41,199 nt of DNA from an uncultured Candidatus Saccharibacteria bacterium (GCA_964447415.1 CAYUSN010000004.1:1-41199), one strand, 5' to 3'. Counted from the first letter of the stretch, positions 17,583 to 28,207 are shown. Made by a program: numbers and translations. The notes: generated by a model from the letters alone, not told the origin.

Positions 17583-17591
17583 AGTATAGCA
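17583..17591 (-). promoter_or_regulatory. Extended -10 box TGCTATACT, 6 nt from the ATG (leaderless layout)
   Basis: The minus strand reads TGCTATACT-gaaacc-ATG(17576). Confidence 0.5.
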
Positions 17592-17611
17592 AAACAAAAA
17601 ACACGAAGTGT

Positions 17612-18535
17612 TTACACATAGTCAAACTCCTCCAGCGCCTGTCGATACAGCGCGATAACACGTTTTGCTTCCCTGCTCGTCAGGATGAAGTCTGATCCGC
17701 TGTGCGCAATGCGGTTACGCACCTTATGTGCCTCCCATGCGGCGTCAAGCGTCGTAAAATCACTCTTTTCTATGCGTTTCAGTTTGTCGCCGAGCGTATC
17801 GCCGTCATATCCCATGGATGTAATGAGTTCATCCAACATTATGTCGGCCTCAATGATTGCCACGCGCCAGTCGCCCGGATTTTCGGAAGATACCAGTGTT
17901 TCAACACGCTCCCACCGCTCATTTTTATTTGCGACATCTTCACCGGCAAGTTTCTTTTCAAGCAGGTGCATCTGTTTTTTATGCACGGATGTTATGGCAC
18001 TCCACCGTCGCCACGAGTACAGCGCGACCGCGGCGCCGAGCACCGAGAGTATTGCCGAAATCCAAAGAAACCACGTTCGTACGCTTGCTACGGTTCCGGA
18101 GAGCTGTTTGGCAAGAGTGTCTGACGACACCCATCCGTCGGCCCCTGAGGTAAAATCAACCAGCCACCGTACGCTGTCGCCCACAATTTCTGAGGATACA
18201 AGTTTGCCGGAAGCGCCCTTCGGTTGCACGCCGATAATTCTGTCAAACAGCGCCGATGCCCACACGTCCGTTTTTTGTTTTGCCGTCACCACTGTTCCCA
18301 CGGGCGTAAATTCATTCACGCGATTTGAAAAAGAAGAGGTCCACCGCCACGCCCACGAACCGACATCAAGACGCCCGCCGCCCGCAAACCTGTTTTGAAA
18401 CGACGCCATGAGCGCCGAAAGCAACACAAGACCAATGGCAATACCGATAATGGTGCTGAGCACCTCCATGTCACTCTTTACTCCTCCGCCGCTCGGCGGT
18501 TTTTTTCCTCCTTTGTCTTTTGGTTTATCCGCCAT
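17612..18535 (-). CDS. Hypothetical membrane protein
   Basis: 307 aa with a Lys/Gly-rich N-terminus and two TM helices. The C-terminal helical domain (WRVAIIEADIMLDELI...AWEAHKVRNRIAHSG) has no family assigned by eye. Confidence 0.65.
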   Translation of the reverse strand: MADKPKDKGGKKPPSGGGVKSDMEVLSTIIGIAIGLVLLSALMASFQNRFAGGGRLDVGSWAWRWTSSFSNRVNEFTPVGTVVTAKQKTDVWASALFDRIIGVQPKGASGKLVSSEIVGDSVRWLVDFTSGADGWVSSDTLAKQLSGTVASVRTWFLWISAILSVLGAAVALYSWRRWSAITSVHKKQMHLLEKKLAGEDVANKNERWERVETLVSSENPGDWRVAIIEADIMLDELITSMGYDGDTLGDKLKRIEKSDFTTLDAAWEAHKVRNRIAHSGSDFILTSREAKRVIALYRQALEEFDYV

Positions 18536-18537
18536 AG

Positions 18538-19962
18538 TTATTCGTTCAAAAACCTCTTACCCACCGCAAACAAACGTTTCTCCTGCATGTGCGGCGCCAC
18601 AAGCTGCAGTCCCAGAGGCAGTTGCATTCCTTCATCCTCTATTGTACCCGACGGCACGGACATCGCAGGCATCCCCGTGTGATTTGCCGACACGGTGAAC
18701 ACATCTTCAAGATACATCTGCACAGGGTCCGCGAGTTTTGAACCGAAGGTAAACGCAGGACCTGCGGTCGTGGGCATCGCGATAACATCGCAGTGCTCAA
18801 ATGCATCCGTGAAATCTTTTGTGATGAGCCGCCGCACGGCGTTTGCGCGGTTGTAGTATGCGTCGTAGTAACCCGATGACAGGACGTACGTGCCGATCAT
18901 GATTCGCCTGCGGGGTTCCGGCCCGAATCCGTCACCGCGCGTTTCAAAATAATCCCCGATAAGATCATTGCCGTCTTTATGCAGTCCGTATTTCACACCG
19001 TCAAAACGCGCAAGGTTTGATGACGCCTCCGCCGGCAAAATAACGTAGTACGCGGGCACCGAATACTTCACATTCGGCAATTCAATATCAACCAGCTCAT
19101 AACCAGCTTCTTCGAGGCGTTTCAGCGCCGCTTCAAAATTCTCGGCAACGTCCCCACGCAGTTTATTTTCTTTCAAAAACGCACGTGGCACGCCGATTTT
19201 TTTCACTTCATGTTTTCCCGCCGGATAATCTCCCGCATCCACCGTCGTGCTATCCATAACATCTTTTCCTGCAATCGTTTCAAATACTGCCTCTGCATCT
19301 CCGACTGTCTTTCCGAACGGTCCGATGACGTCCAACGATGAGCCCAACGCGATCAAGCCGTGGCGTGACACACTCCCATATGTCGGCTTGAGCCCCACGA
19401 CGCCGCAGAGCGCCGCAGGTTGTCTAATTGAACCGCCCGTGTCAGATCCGAGTGATGCCAGACACATTCCAGAGGCAACCGCTGCCGCCGAACCGCCCGA
19501 TGAACCGCCCGGCACGCGTGTCGTATCCAGAGGATTTTTCGTGGGACCGTACGCCGAGTATTCAGTTGAAGAACCCATCGCAAATTCATCCATGTTTGTC
19601 CGGCCGATTAGCACGGCGCCCGCGTCTTTGAGTTTTGTGACAACAGTCGCGTCATACGGCGCAACAAATCCTTCCAAAATTTTTGATGCGGCCGTTGCCC
19701 GTTTTCCTGAAAAACACATGTTGTCTTTAAGCGCAACGGGAATACCGGTAAGCGGTGTTGCACTCCCCTGCGCAATCATCTCGTCGGCACGCTCTGCCAT
19801 TTCCCGCGCGTCGTCATACACCTCAAGAAATGCGTGAATCTCTCCGTCGTGCTCTTTGATGTTTGCAAGACACGCGAGAAGTAGTTCAACCGCGGTTATT
19901 TCTTTCGCGTCGAGTTTCGCGCGCGCCTCAGGAATTGTGAGTTGTGAAATGTCGAGTGTCAT
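18538..19962 (-). CDS. gatA: Glutamyl-tRNA(Gln) amidotransferase subunit A
   Basis: Amidase signature GGSSGGSAAAVA...GSDTGGSIRQPAA, directly downstream of gatC. Confidence 0.95.
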   Translation of the reverse strand: MTLDISQLTIPEARAKLDAKEITAVELLLACLANIKEHDGEIHAFLEVYDDAREMAERADEMIAQGSATPLTGIPVALKDNMCFSGKRATAASKILEGFVAPYDATVVTKLKDAGAVLIGRTNMDEFAMGSSTEYSAYGPTKNPLDTTRVPGGSSGGSAAAVASGMCLASLGSDTGGSIRQPAALCGVVGLKPTYGSVSRHGLIALGSSLDVIGPFGKTVGDAEAVFETIAGKDVMDSTTVDAGDYPAGKHEVKKIGVPRAFLKENKLRGDVAENFEAALKRLEEAGYELVDIELPNVKYSVPAYYVILPAEASSNLARFDGVKYGLHKDGNDLIGDYFETRGDGFGPEPRRRIMIGTYVLSSGYYDAYYNRANAVRRLITKDFTDAFEHCDVIAMPTTAGPAFTFGSKLADPVQMYLEDVFTVSANHTGMPAMSVPSGTIEDEGMQLPLGLQLVAPHMQEKRLFAVGKRFLNE

Positions 19963-19965
19963 GAA

Positions 19966-20253
19966 CTACAAAATATTTTTGACCTTCACATGGTCGCCTT
20001 CGCGGTCCGGCGCATTTTTCAGAAGTGATTCGGTGTGCACGCCGCCCTCGTGCGCACTGATGTCTTCGCGCATCACGTTGTGCACGGCGCCCAAAGACAC
20101 GCCCTCGTGCGACGGTGCGTCGGCACTTTTAAGCTCGTCTACGAACGCCAAAATACGCTCCAGATCCTTCGTGAGTGCTTCCGCCTCTCCCTCGTCAACC
20201 TTGATTCGGGCCAGTTTTGCGAGGTTTTCGACGTCTGTCTTAGAAATCGACAT
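19966..20253 (-). CDS. gatC: Glutamyl-tRNA(Gln) amidotransferase subunit C
   Basis: 95 aa. Sequence VENLAKLARIKVDEGEAEALTKDLERILAFVDEL, in gatC-gatA order. Confidence 0.9.
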   Translation of the reverse strand: MSISKTDVENLAKLARIKVDEGEAEALTKDLERILAFVDELKSADAPSHEGVSLGAVHNVMREDISAHEGGVHTESLLKNAPDREGDHVKVKNIL

Positions 20254-20279
20254 ATGCTTATGTTATCACGAAAAAACGC

Positions 20280-22313
<2,034 letters not shown>

Positions 22314-23567
22314 TTAATACTGGGCGCGAATTGCGCGTTCAAGGCGCCTGGGGTTGTTTAAATCACATGTATTGTAACCACGTGAAATAATGGTTGTAGA
22401 GGCCTTATCGTCTTTATACACCTCAACTAATCCACAGGTATTATTCGAGAACAATACGTCAAACGTTGTTTTATAGTATTCAAGTCCGTCATCGTCTGGT
22501 GACAAATTTTCCACTTCCCAACCAAGCGGTTCTTCGCCCTCCATCCACCATCCGGAATCCGGGCTGTTGATATTGTTTGCGGCGCAGGTAATCTCCCCGG
22601 GCTGCGCAACACCCTGTTCTATCGGCGGCACAAAACCGGCAAGAAGTTCCCTGGAAGCAATCGCATTCACCTCAACCTTGCTCAATGCCCGGCTGTAAAT
22701 ACGCACATCATCAATGTCGCCATTGAAAGATTCTTGTCCGCCCGACGCTTCGCCGATGTTAAACGGCACCCCCGCAAGATCAAAGTTCGCCGACGTCGGC
22801 GTATCCTTTGTCTCTTCACCGTCTACATATACCGTAAGTGTCGTGCCGTCAAAAACAGACACAATATGTGTCCATCTATCGAGTGGAAGTATCGGGTGTG
22901 CTTGTTCTGCTCCCTCCACACCGCCCCACACACCGATTTGCATTTGACCTTCAATGTACCCCTCCGGGTTACTGAGGCCGTTTATCAGCCAGTGGTGTGC
23001 ACCGGTGGTCCGATTACCGAGCACCAACACCCACGAACGCACCGCCGGATATTGGCGGATACGAACCCACGCGCTTATAGTGTGCTCTGTCTTACCTTCC
23101 TTTACCCCCGGAATATTTTGAACTTCTGCATATTTTCCGGTCCTGTTGGGAGAAAGGGCTTGATCAATTGCACCGTCGGAAATCCACGTCATCCCGTCAT
23201 TGGTTACCATGTGGTTGCCCGAACCGCTTGAATCAATGAGAATCTGGGGTATCGCATTTTGCTGCTCCAACGGCTCCTCAAAACGCCAGTACCCTGCGAG
23301 GTTCTCGGCTAGGCTGTCACCGTAGTACCCGAAAATACGCAGTGTATTATCCCAGAACAGCGCGCACTCCAGTGCGGAGTCCGCTGAGTAAAACGCCGTT
23401 TCAGAATCACGTGCACCCGACGAAAGCACAAACTCCTTGAGTGTGATATTGAGAATAGCAAGACCGATTGCCAGCAACAGTGATGAAACAAGCGCCGCAT
23501 AAAACAGCGTAAAGCCTCCTTTTGTATTTTGATACGCGCGCTTTGTTTTGTGCAAAAAATACATCAT
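22314..23567 (-). CDS. PilX-like minor pilin carrying an inserted LamG (concanavalin-A-like lectin) domain
   Basis: The N-terminus KGGFTLFYAALVSSLLLAIGLAI is a prepilin-like leader/TM without Glu5. The LamG_3 pattern is HTISAWVRIR...DRWTHIVSVFDGTTLTVYVDGEE...FNGDIDDVRIYSRALSKVEV. It is the last gene of the pilD-minor pilin operon. Confidence 0.8.
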   Translation of the reverse strand: MMYFLHKTKRAYQNTKGGFTLFYAALVSSLLLAIGLAILNITLKEFVLSSGARDSETAFYSADSALECALFWDNTLRIFGYYGDSLAENLAGYWRFEEPLEQQNAIPQILIDSSGSGNHMVTNDGMTWISDGAIDQALSPNRTGKYAEVQNIPGVKEGKTEHTISAWVRIRQYPAVRSWVLVLGNRTTGAHHWLINGLSNPEGYIEGQMQIGVWGGVEGAEQAHPILPLDRWTHIVSVFDGTTLTVYVDGEETKDTPTSANFDLAGVPFNIGEASGGQESFNGDIDDVRIYSRALSKVEVNAIASRELLAGFVPPIEQGVAQPGEITCAANNINSPDSGWWMEGEEPLGWEVENLSPDDDGLEYYKTTFDVLFSNNTCGLVEVYKDDKASTTIISRGYNTCDLNNPRRLERAIRAQY

Positions 23568-24136
23568 TGCCAGTTTAGAAGATTCTCACGAAGAACATAC
23601 GTCCGATTTAGCACCCCGTCCCGCCACGATACAGTCGTCACCACCTCTATTTCAGAGTCACTTATCGCCTCTATGGAAACCCTGCGCGTAAATTTCGTTT
23701 CAACCCACCCAGAAACCAGTTCCTGACCTATCCCCGAACCGTATCCGTATTTCCCCGTTGCTTCTTCAAACTGCAGCGGGCACGCCTCTTTTTCAGCACA
23801 TTGAAAGATATCGCCGCTGTAAACATCCATCGTGCACAGGTTTCCGCCCATACACTCGGTTGAAAGCTCCCCCGACAACCAATCGTTACCTGCAAGAACA
23901 TTTCCGTCTCTTCGAAACCTGATGTATTCAATAGCCTCTTGCGCAATGTAATTCGCCTGTATCTGGTCACGCGCAATGCGTGCTGCACGCAGTCCTTGCG
24001 CCGCAAGATACAGTGGTCCTGCAACGGCAAGCAGCAGTATTGAAATGGCAACAAGGGTTTCAATAAAGGTAAAACCTGCGTGAAGTCGTGTTGTGTTTTT
24101 GCTGTAAACCGGTGTACCCATAGTGTTATCGGTCAA
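23564..24136 (-). CDS. Type IV pilin-like (minor pilin/pseudopilin) protein
   Basis: Prepilin cleavage/methylation motif AGFTFIETLVAISILLLAV. Alternative start at ATG 24121. Confidence 0.8.
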   Translation of the reverse strand: MTDNTMGTPVYSKNTTRLHAGFTFIETLVAISILLLAVAGPLYLAAQGLRAARIARDQIQANYIAQEAIEYIRFRRDGNVLAGNDWLSGELSTECMGGNLCTMDVYSGDIFQCAEKEACPLQFEEATGKYGYGSGIGQELVSGWVETKFTRRVSIEAISDSEIEVVTTVSWRDGVLNRTYVLRENLLNWQ

Positions 24137-24707
24137 GAAAACGTTGTGTCACAAATGTTTGTAGATCAAACGGAACCCGTGTGCGCTCCGAGAGTCCGGC
24201 AACACCCCGAACAATAATAATAACGTGGGGTTGTGTTTTATCGCCTACTTGCGTCCCATACACGTAAAATTCAAGTGCGTTTATAGTAACTTCAGGCGCA
24301 GTCATCGGTATGCCGGTACTGTCTCCTTTCGTACATGTTTCGTTTGTATCGGATACCGAACGGACAATCTCCTCGTTTCCGTCACCGTTTGTATCAAACA
24401 GATCATAGGTTATCTCGCAACCGTCCTTGTCGGTAAATACAAATACGGACTCCCCGTTTTGTTTCGCTCCATAGTCCCGGCCGACGCGTATTTCGCGCGT
24501 CATGCTTTCAAGCGCAAAATGGAGGTTGTTCATGACCGCTTTGTTTGCCTGCGCGCGGCGGTTCGCATCAAGAATTGACATGAGCGCTCCGACCGCAACC
24601 AGCATAACAACGGTAAACAAGAACACGCCGACAATCATCTCAACAAGTGTGAATCCGGCCTGTTGTTGTGTGTGAATACGGCGCATGTGTGTTTGTGTAT
24701 ACATCAA
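24126..24707 (-). CDS. Type IV pilin-like (minor pilin/pseudopilin) protein
   Basis: Prepilin motif AGFTLVEMIVGVFLFTVVM; 4-nt overlap with the upstream gene. Confidence 0.8.
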   Translation of the reverse strand: MMYTQTHMRRIHTQQQAGFTLVEMIVGVFLFTVVMLVAVGALMSILDANRRAQANKAVMNNLHFALESMTREIRVGRDYGAKQNGESVFVFTDKDGCEITYDLFDTNGDGNEEIVRSVSDTNETCTKGDSTGIPMTAPEVTINALEFYVYGTQVGDKTQPHVIIIVRGVAGLSERTRVPFDLQTFVTQRFLDR

Positions 24708-25300
24708 ATTTCTTCCTGAGACGGATCATCGATATCTTTTACAATTGCTATTTGTCCCGTCTGGCGGACAACGATGTATCGGCTGCCTCCTCGTGGCGAC
24801 TCAATTTTTACTGCAACAGCACTGACCGCTCCGACCCCTCCACCTTTTTCCGTTATAACCGCTTCCGGCTCAGGTCGTCGGAACAAAACGGACACCGCAC
24901 TAATTTCGGTGCAACTGTAACCAAGAAGTAAGCAGACACGGCTGACCGTAAATCCGCGACCAAGCCTGAACGTCTGTAGCTCTTCACCGCCGTTGTAGTA
25001 CCCGTCGCCTTGATTGTTGCCTTCCGGCGCATCGCTGAAAAGCACGTACGACGTTGTTCCCGTTTCAAAATAAATACCGTACGGCTTATCAAAGTATCCT
25101 CCCTGCCCCTGCACATTAATACCGTAGTTTTGTGCCTGTCGCACCGACAGTGCGACTTCATATGTTGCCGCCTGCAACAACGTCTCGTCATCAAACTTGC
25201 TGTTTCGCACCAACAGCACCGACGTAATCAGTGCAAAAATCCCCACAGTAACCATGAGCTCAACAATAGTAAATCCTTTTGTGTTTCTTGGGTGTGTCAT
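24704..25300 (-). CDS. Type IV pilin-like (minor pilin/pseudopilin) protein
   Basis: Prepilin motif KGFTIVELMVTVGIFALI; 4-nt overlap with pilD. Confidence 0.8.
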   Translation of the reverse strand: MTHPRNTKGFTIVELMVTVGIFALITSVLLVRNSKFDDETLLQAATYEVALSVRQAQNYGINVQGQGGYFDKPYGIYFETGTTSYVLFSDAPEGNNQGDGYYNGGEELQTFRLGRGFTVSRVCLLLGYSCTEISAVSVLFRRPEPEAVITEKGGGVGAVSAVAVKIESPRGGSRYIVVRQTGQIAIVKDIDDPSQEEI

Positions 25301-26103
25301 TGGAGAAGTGCAAGTATGTCAAGGCCGAAGAAAAACACGAGTGCCAAACCGATGATAAGAAACGGTGCAAACGGTATCTCACTTTTCATTGTAAGACGAC
25401 CGTGTGCGTGCGACAACGCCGCGTGGGGAGTGCCGAACCGCTCATACAGCAGAATGCCGATACTCACTACTGCCCCGATCCAAAACGACAGCAAGAGCGC
25501 GGAAAATCCTTTCGTAATGCCGAGCATCCATCCGATACCGAGTGCTAATTTTGCGTCACCGAATCCCATCCATCGTCCCCCTGAAATCAACCACAAAAAT
25601 GCAAACGGCGAGGCAAGCAAGGGACCGGCAAGAAGCAACCAGCCGACATTAAACGGAACGGCAAGTCCCCACCCGGGTGTGACAAACAGAGAGAGAAGTG
25701 CAAGCGCACAAAACGCAAACACAAACGGGTCGGGAATAATTTTGTGCCGCAGGTCATACGCAAGAATCACCACCAGCAGCGACCATTCAACGGCATACAG
25801 TAAAAACAGCCCCCACTCCGTTGCATACAAACCGTAAAGTCCGACAAACAAAAAACCGGTGAGCAGTTCCATACCAAGGTACTGCCACGAAAGCGCCGAG
25901 CGACACGTGCGGCACTTCCCGCGCTGGGCGATAAAACTAACCACAGGAACAAGTTCGTACCATCGCAATTGCACACCGCAGGAAGCGCATCCTGAGCGTC
26001 CGCCAATACCTCTTCCTGTGTTATAGCGAAGCGAAACGACGTTGAGAAAACTTCCGACGGCGGCGCCGAACGCAAACGCAAAAAAGGTCGCTAGAAAATC
26101 CAT
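25297..26103 (-). CDS. pilD: Prepilin peptidase (A24 family)
   Basis: N-terminal GSFLNVV, the Zn-finger CASCGVQLRWYELVPVVSFIAQRGKCRTC, and a polytopic membrane domain with GFGDAKL. Confidence 0.92.
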   Translation of the reverse strand: MDFLATFFAFAFGAAVGSFLNVVSLRYNTGRGIGGRSGCASCGVQLRWYELVPVVSFIAQRGKCRTCRSALSWQYLGMELLTGFLFVGLYGLYATEWGLFLLYAVEWSLLVVILAYDLRHKIIPDPFVFAFCALALLSLFVTPGWGLAVPFNVGWLLLAGPLLASPFAFLWLISGGRWMGFGDAKLALGIGWMLGITKGFSALLLSFWIGAVVSIGILLYERFGTPHAALSHAHGRLTMKSEIPFAPFLIIGLALVFFFGLDILALLQ

Positions 26104-26109
26104 AAATAC

Positions 26110-26151
26110 AGTATAGCGGTTTGCGGCTGAAAATTTGAGTACCTCTGTGGA
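26110..26151 (-). promoter_or_regulatory. Putative pilD-operon promoter: TCCACAGAG - N30 - TATACT, 6 nt from ATG
   Basis: The minus strand reads TCTCCACAGAGG...(30 nt)...TATACT-gtattt-ATG(26103). Confidence 0.45.
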
Positions 26152-26163
26152 GAGATGCTAATC

Positions 26164-26189
26164 AAAAAACCGCCCGAAGGCGGTTTTTT
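26164..26189. terminator. Rho-independent terminator after the major pilin gene
   Basis: AAAAAACCGCC-cgaa-GGCGGTTTTTT. Confidence 0.85.
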
Positions 26190-26208
26190 GTTCAGAGTTT
26201 CTGAAAGA

Positions 26209-26715
26209 TTACGGCGTTACGTCGTAACAGAGGTCATCCGCTTCAACTACACCTGCCTCTTCGGCACAGTCAGCGAGTGTACTTAGACCATCTGGGCCAG
26301 CATCGACAGCACTGTCCGTGTCCAAGTCACCTTGAAGTGCCGCGTGACCTGGTTGCTCAAGCGCAACACCGAGGTGGTAGAACGCGCAAGAGCCGGCATC
26401 GGCTACAAGACATGTACCGCGCGCTTCGTCATCATAGTTGTCGTATACGTAGTTGTTTCCGGATGGTTCAACAGGTTCCTGTGCAAGATAACCGGCTGTT
26501 TCCAGGGCAGCAATATCATCCGGATACTCACCGTTTGAGTCGAAATACAGCTCAAGCGCGAGTTGGATTTGCTTGACGTCTGAAATACGACGCGCATCAC
26601 GACTCTTTTGACGTGCACTGTTAAGAGACGCGAGAACGACTGACGAGAGAATTCCGATGATTGCGATGACCACCAGAAGCTCGATGAGGGTAAAACCCTT
26701 TGTAAGTTTCTTCAT
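26209..26715 (-). CDS. pilA: Major type IV pilin
   Basis: Sequence MKKLTKGFTLIELLVVIAIIGILSSVVLASLNSARQKSRDA. The gene is monocistronic with its own promoter and terminator. Confidence 0.9.
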   Translation of the reverse strand: MKKLTKGFTLIELLVVIAIIGILSSVVLASLNSARQKSRDARRISDVKQIQLALELYFDSNGEYPDDIAALETAGYLAQEPVEPSGNNYVYDNYDDEARGTCLVADAGSCAFYHLGVALEQPGHAALQGDLDTDSAVDAGPDGLSTLADCAEEAGVVEADDLCYDVTP

Positions 26716-26762
26716 AGCTAATTTAACCTTTTAATAAATAAGTGCTTTGGTTAAGCTCTTTC

Positions 26763-26807
26763 ATTATAGGCGCATATCCGTCAAGCCAAAACTTCTCTGT
26801 GGATAAC
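26763..26807 (-). promoter_or_regulatory. Putative pilin promoter: GTTATCCACA box - N29 - TATAAT
   Basis: Minus strand: TATAAT (26763-26768) and an exact TTATCCACA (26798-26806) 29 nt upstream. This is the same architecture as at 6824-6869. Confidence 0.5.
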
Positions 26808-26841
26808 GTTTTTAAGCCGTTTTTTGGCGCCTCTTTGTGCC

Positions 26842-28050
26842 CTACTGAATCCCCGCTGAGATGTTGTAAATCGGGATAAGCACGGATGCCAAGAGGACAC
26901 CGACACCAAGGCCCAGGAGCACAATCATCGCCGGCTCAATAAGATCCACCAAGGTATCCACGGCGTTTTTCACTTCGCGCTCATAGAAGTGCGCCAGTGT
27001 TTTGAGAATTGCCGCAAGCTCTCCCGTCTCCTCACCGATTTTCACCATCTGCGTCATGATAGACGGAATAAGGTCGTTTCCCGCAAGTGAGTCGGCAACC
27101 GAAGAACCCCCGCGGACGGACTCCACCGCTTTCTTCAGTATCTGCTCATACAGCGTGTTGCCCACCACATCGGCGGAAATTTCAAGTCCGCGCACCATGG
27201 GAATCCCCGAGGAAAGCATCGTGTGCATGTTGTCGGCAATGCGCGAGAGATAGAGTTTGCGGTAGAGATTGCCGAGGTACGGGATGGAGATTTTCAGGCG
27301 CGACAGTGTCAGATCCCCTTTCGGCGTCTTTAGATATTTCCACGCCCATATACATCCGATAGCAAACAGTACAAGCACAAACAGTCCGTAGTCGGTAAGT
27401 ATTGTTGAAATGCCGATGACTGCTTTTGTGTACGCGGGAATTTCCTGACCGGAGTCAATCAGAATCGCCGAGAGCTTCGGGATAACAGTCGTAAGCATCA
27501 GAAGCATCACCGCGATAAATACCGAGATGACAAACGCCGGATAGATAAGTGCGTTGCGTGCTTTGCTGCTTACTTCATACGTGCGGTCGAGGTAGTCGGC
27601 AAGATACAAAAATGTTTGGTCAAGTTTTCCCGACTCTTCGCCCGCCTTCACCATGTTCACATAAAACGCGGAAAACATGTGCGGATGTTTTTCAAGCGCC
27701 TTGGCAATTGCTGAACCTCCCTGCAAATCGTTTGAAACTTCAATGAGGGCGACGCGCATCGCGGTTTTCTCACTCTCCTCGGCAAGCAGACGAAACACCC
27801 GCAATGCCGACACCTGCGCCTCAAATAACGTTGCAATCTGCCGCGAGAGAATAACGAGGTCTTTGTTAGTAACGCGGTTGAAAAACGAAATTGACGTCCC
27901 AAGCCCGACTTTCTCTTCTGTTTTTTTGATGGAGGAAATAACCAGTCCGCGCTGCTGCAGCGAACGGATAGCCACGTCGTCGTTGAGCGCGTCTATGGTT
28001 CCCTTTTTTTCGCTTCCGTCGCGGTCCAGCGCTGTGTAGGTAAACAACAT
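26842..28050 (-). CDS. pilC: Type IV pilus platform protein PilC (GspF family)
   Basis: From ATG 28050 the product starts MLFTYTALDRDGSEKKGTIDA... It has two GspF repeats and three TM regions. The track's longer N-terminus (to 28173) is Trp/His/Cys-rich and overlaps a better small ORF. Confidence 0.92.
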   Translation of the reverse strand: MLFTYTALDRDGSEKKGTIDALNDDVAIRSLQQRGLVISSIKKTEEKVGLGTSISFFNRVTNKDLVILSRQIATLFEAQVSALRVFRLLAEESEKTAMRVALIEVSNDLQGGSAIAKALEKHPHMFSAFYVNMVKAGEESGKLDQTFLYLADYLDRTYEVSSKARNALIYPAFVISVFIAVMLLMLTTVIPKLSAILIDSGQEIPAYTKAVIGISTILTDYGLFVLVLFAIGCIWAWKYLKTPKGDLTLSRLKISIPYLGNLYRKLYLSRIADNMHTMLSSGIPMVRGLEISADVVGNTLYEQILKKAVESVRGGSSVADSLAGNDLIPSIMTQMVKIGEETGELAAILKTLAHFYEREVKNAVDTLVDLIEPAMIVLLGLGVGVLLASVLIPIYNISAGIQ

Positions 28051-28051
28051 A

Positions 28052-28192
28052 TTACTTTTTGAAAAACCAGGCGAAAATGACAATACCGACCACCGCGATT
28101 CCCAGGTACGGCAATGAGTCCGCATTGCCGCCGATACCCACCAATGCCAGCAGTGCGACCAGTGCGATGCCAATATATAGAAGTGCCTTCAT
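28052..28192 (-). CDS. Small two-TM membrane protein (46 aa), below the ORF-track size cutoff
   Basis: Hand translation gives MKALLYIGIALVALLALVGIGGNADSLPYLGIAVVGIVIFAWFFKK*. Its TAA is separated by 1 nt from the pilC ATG (AAGTAATATG). Confidence 0.45.
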   Translation of the reverse strand: MKALLYIGIALVALLALVGIGGNADSLPYLGIAVVGIVIFAWFFKK

Positions 28193-28207
28193 ATCATGAA
28201 TAATAAA

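Noticed and set aside
25010-25837. 275-aa plus-strand ORF overlapping pilD and a minor pilin gene
   Set aside because: It is antisense to two genes with clear family motifs, and its composition is Arg/Ser/Asn/Cys-rich and non-protein-like. The same reasoning applies to 33376-34185 (antisense to pilM), 19247-19837 (antisense to gatA), 17685-18398, 20425-20979 and 8570-9100.
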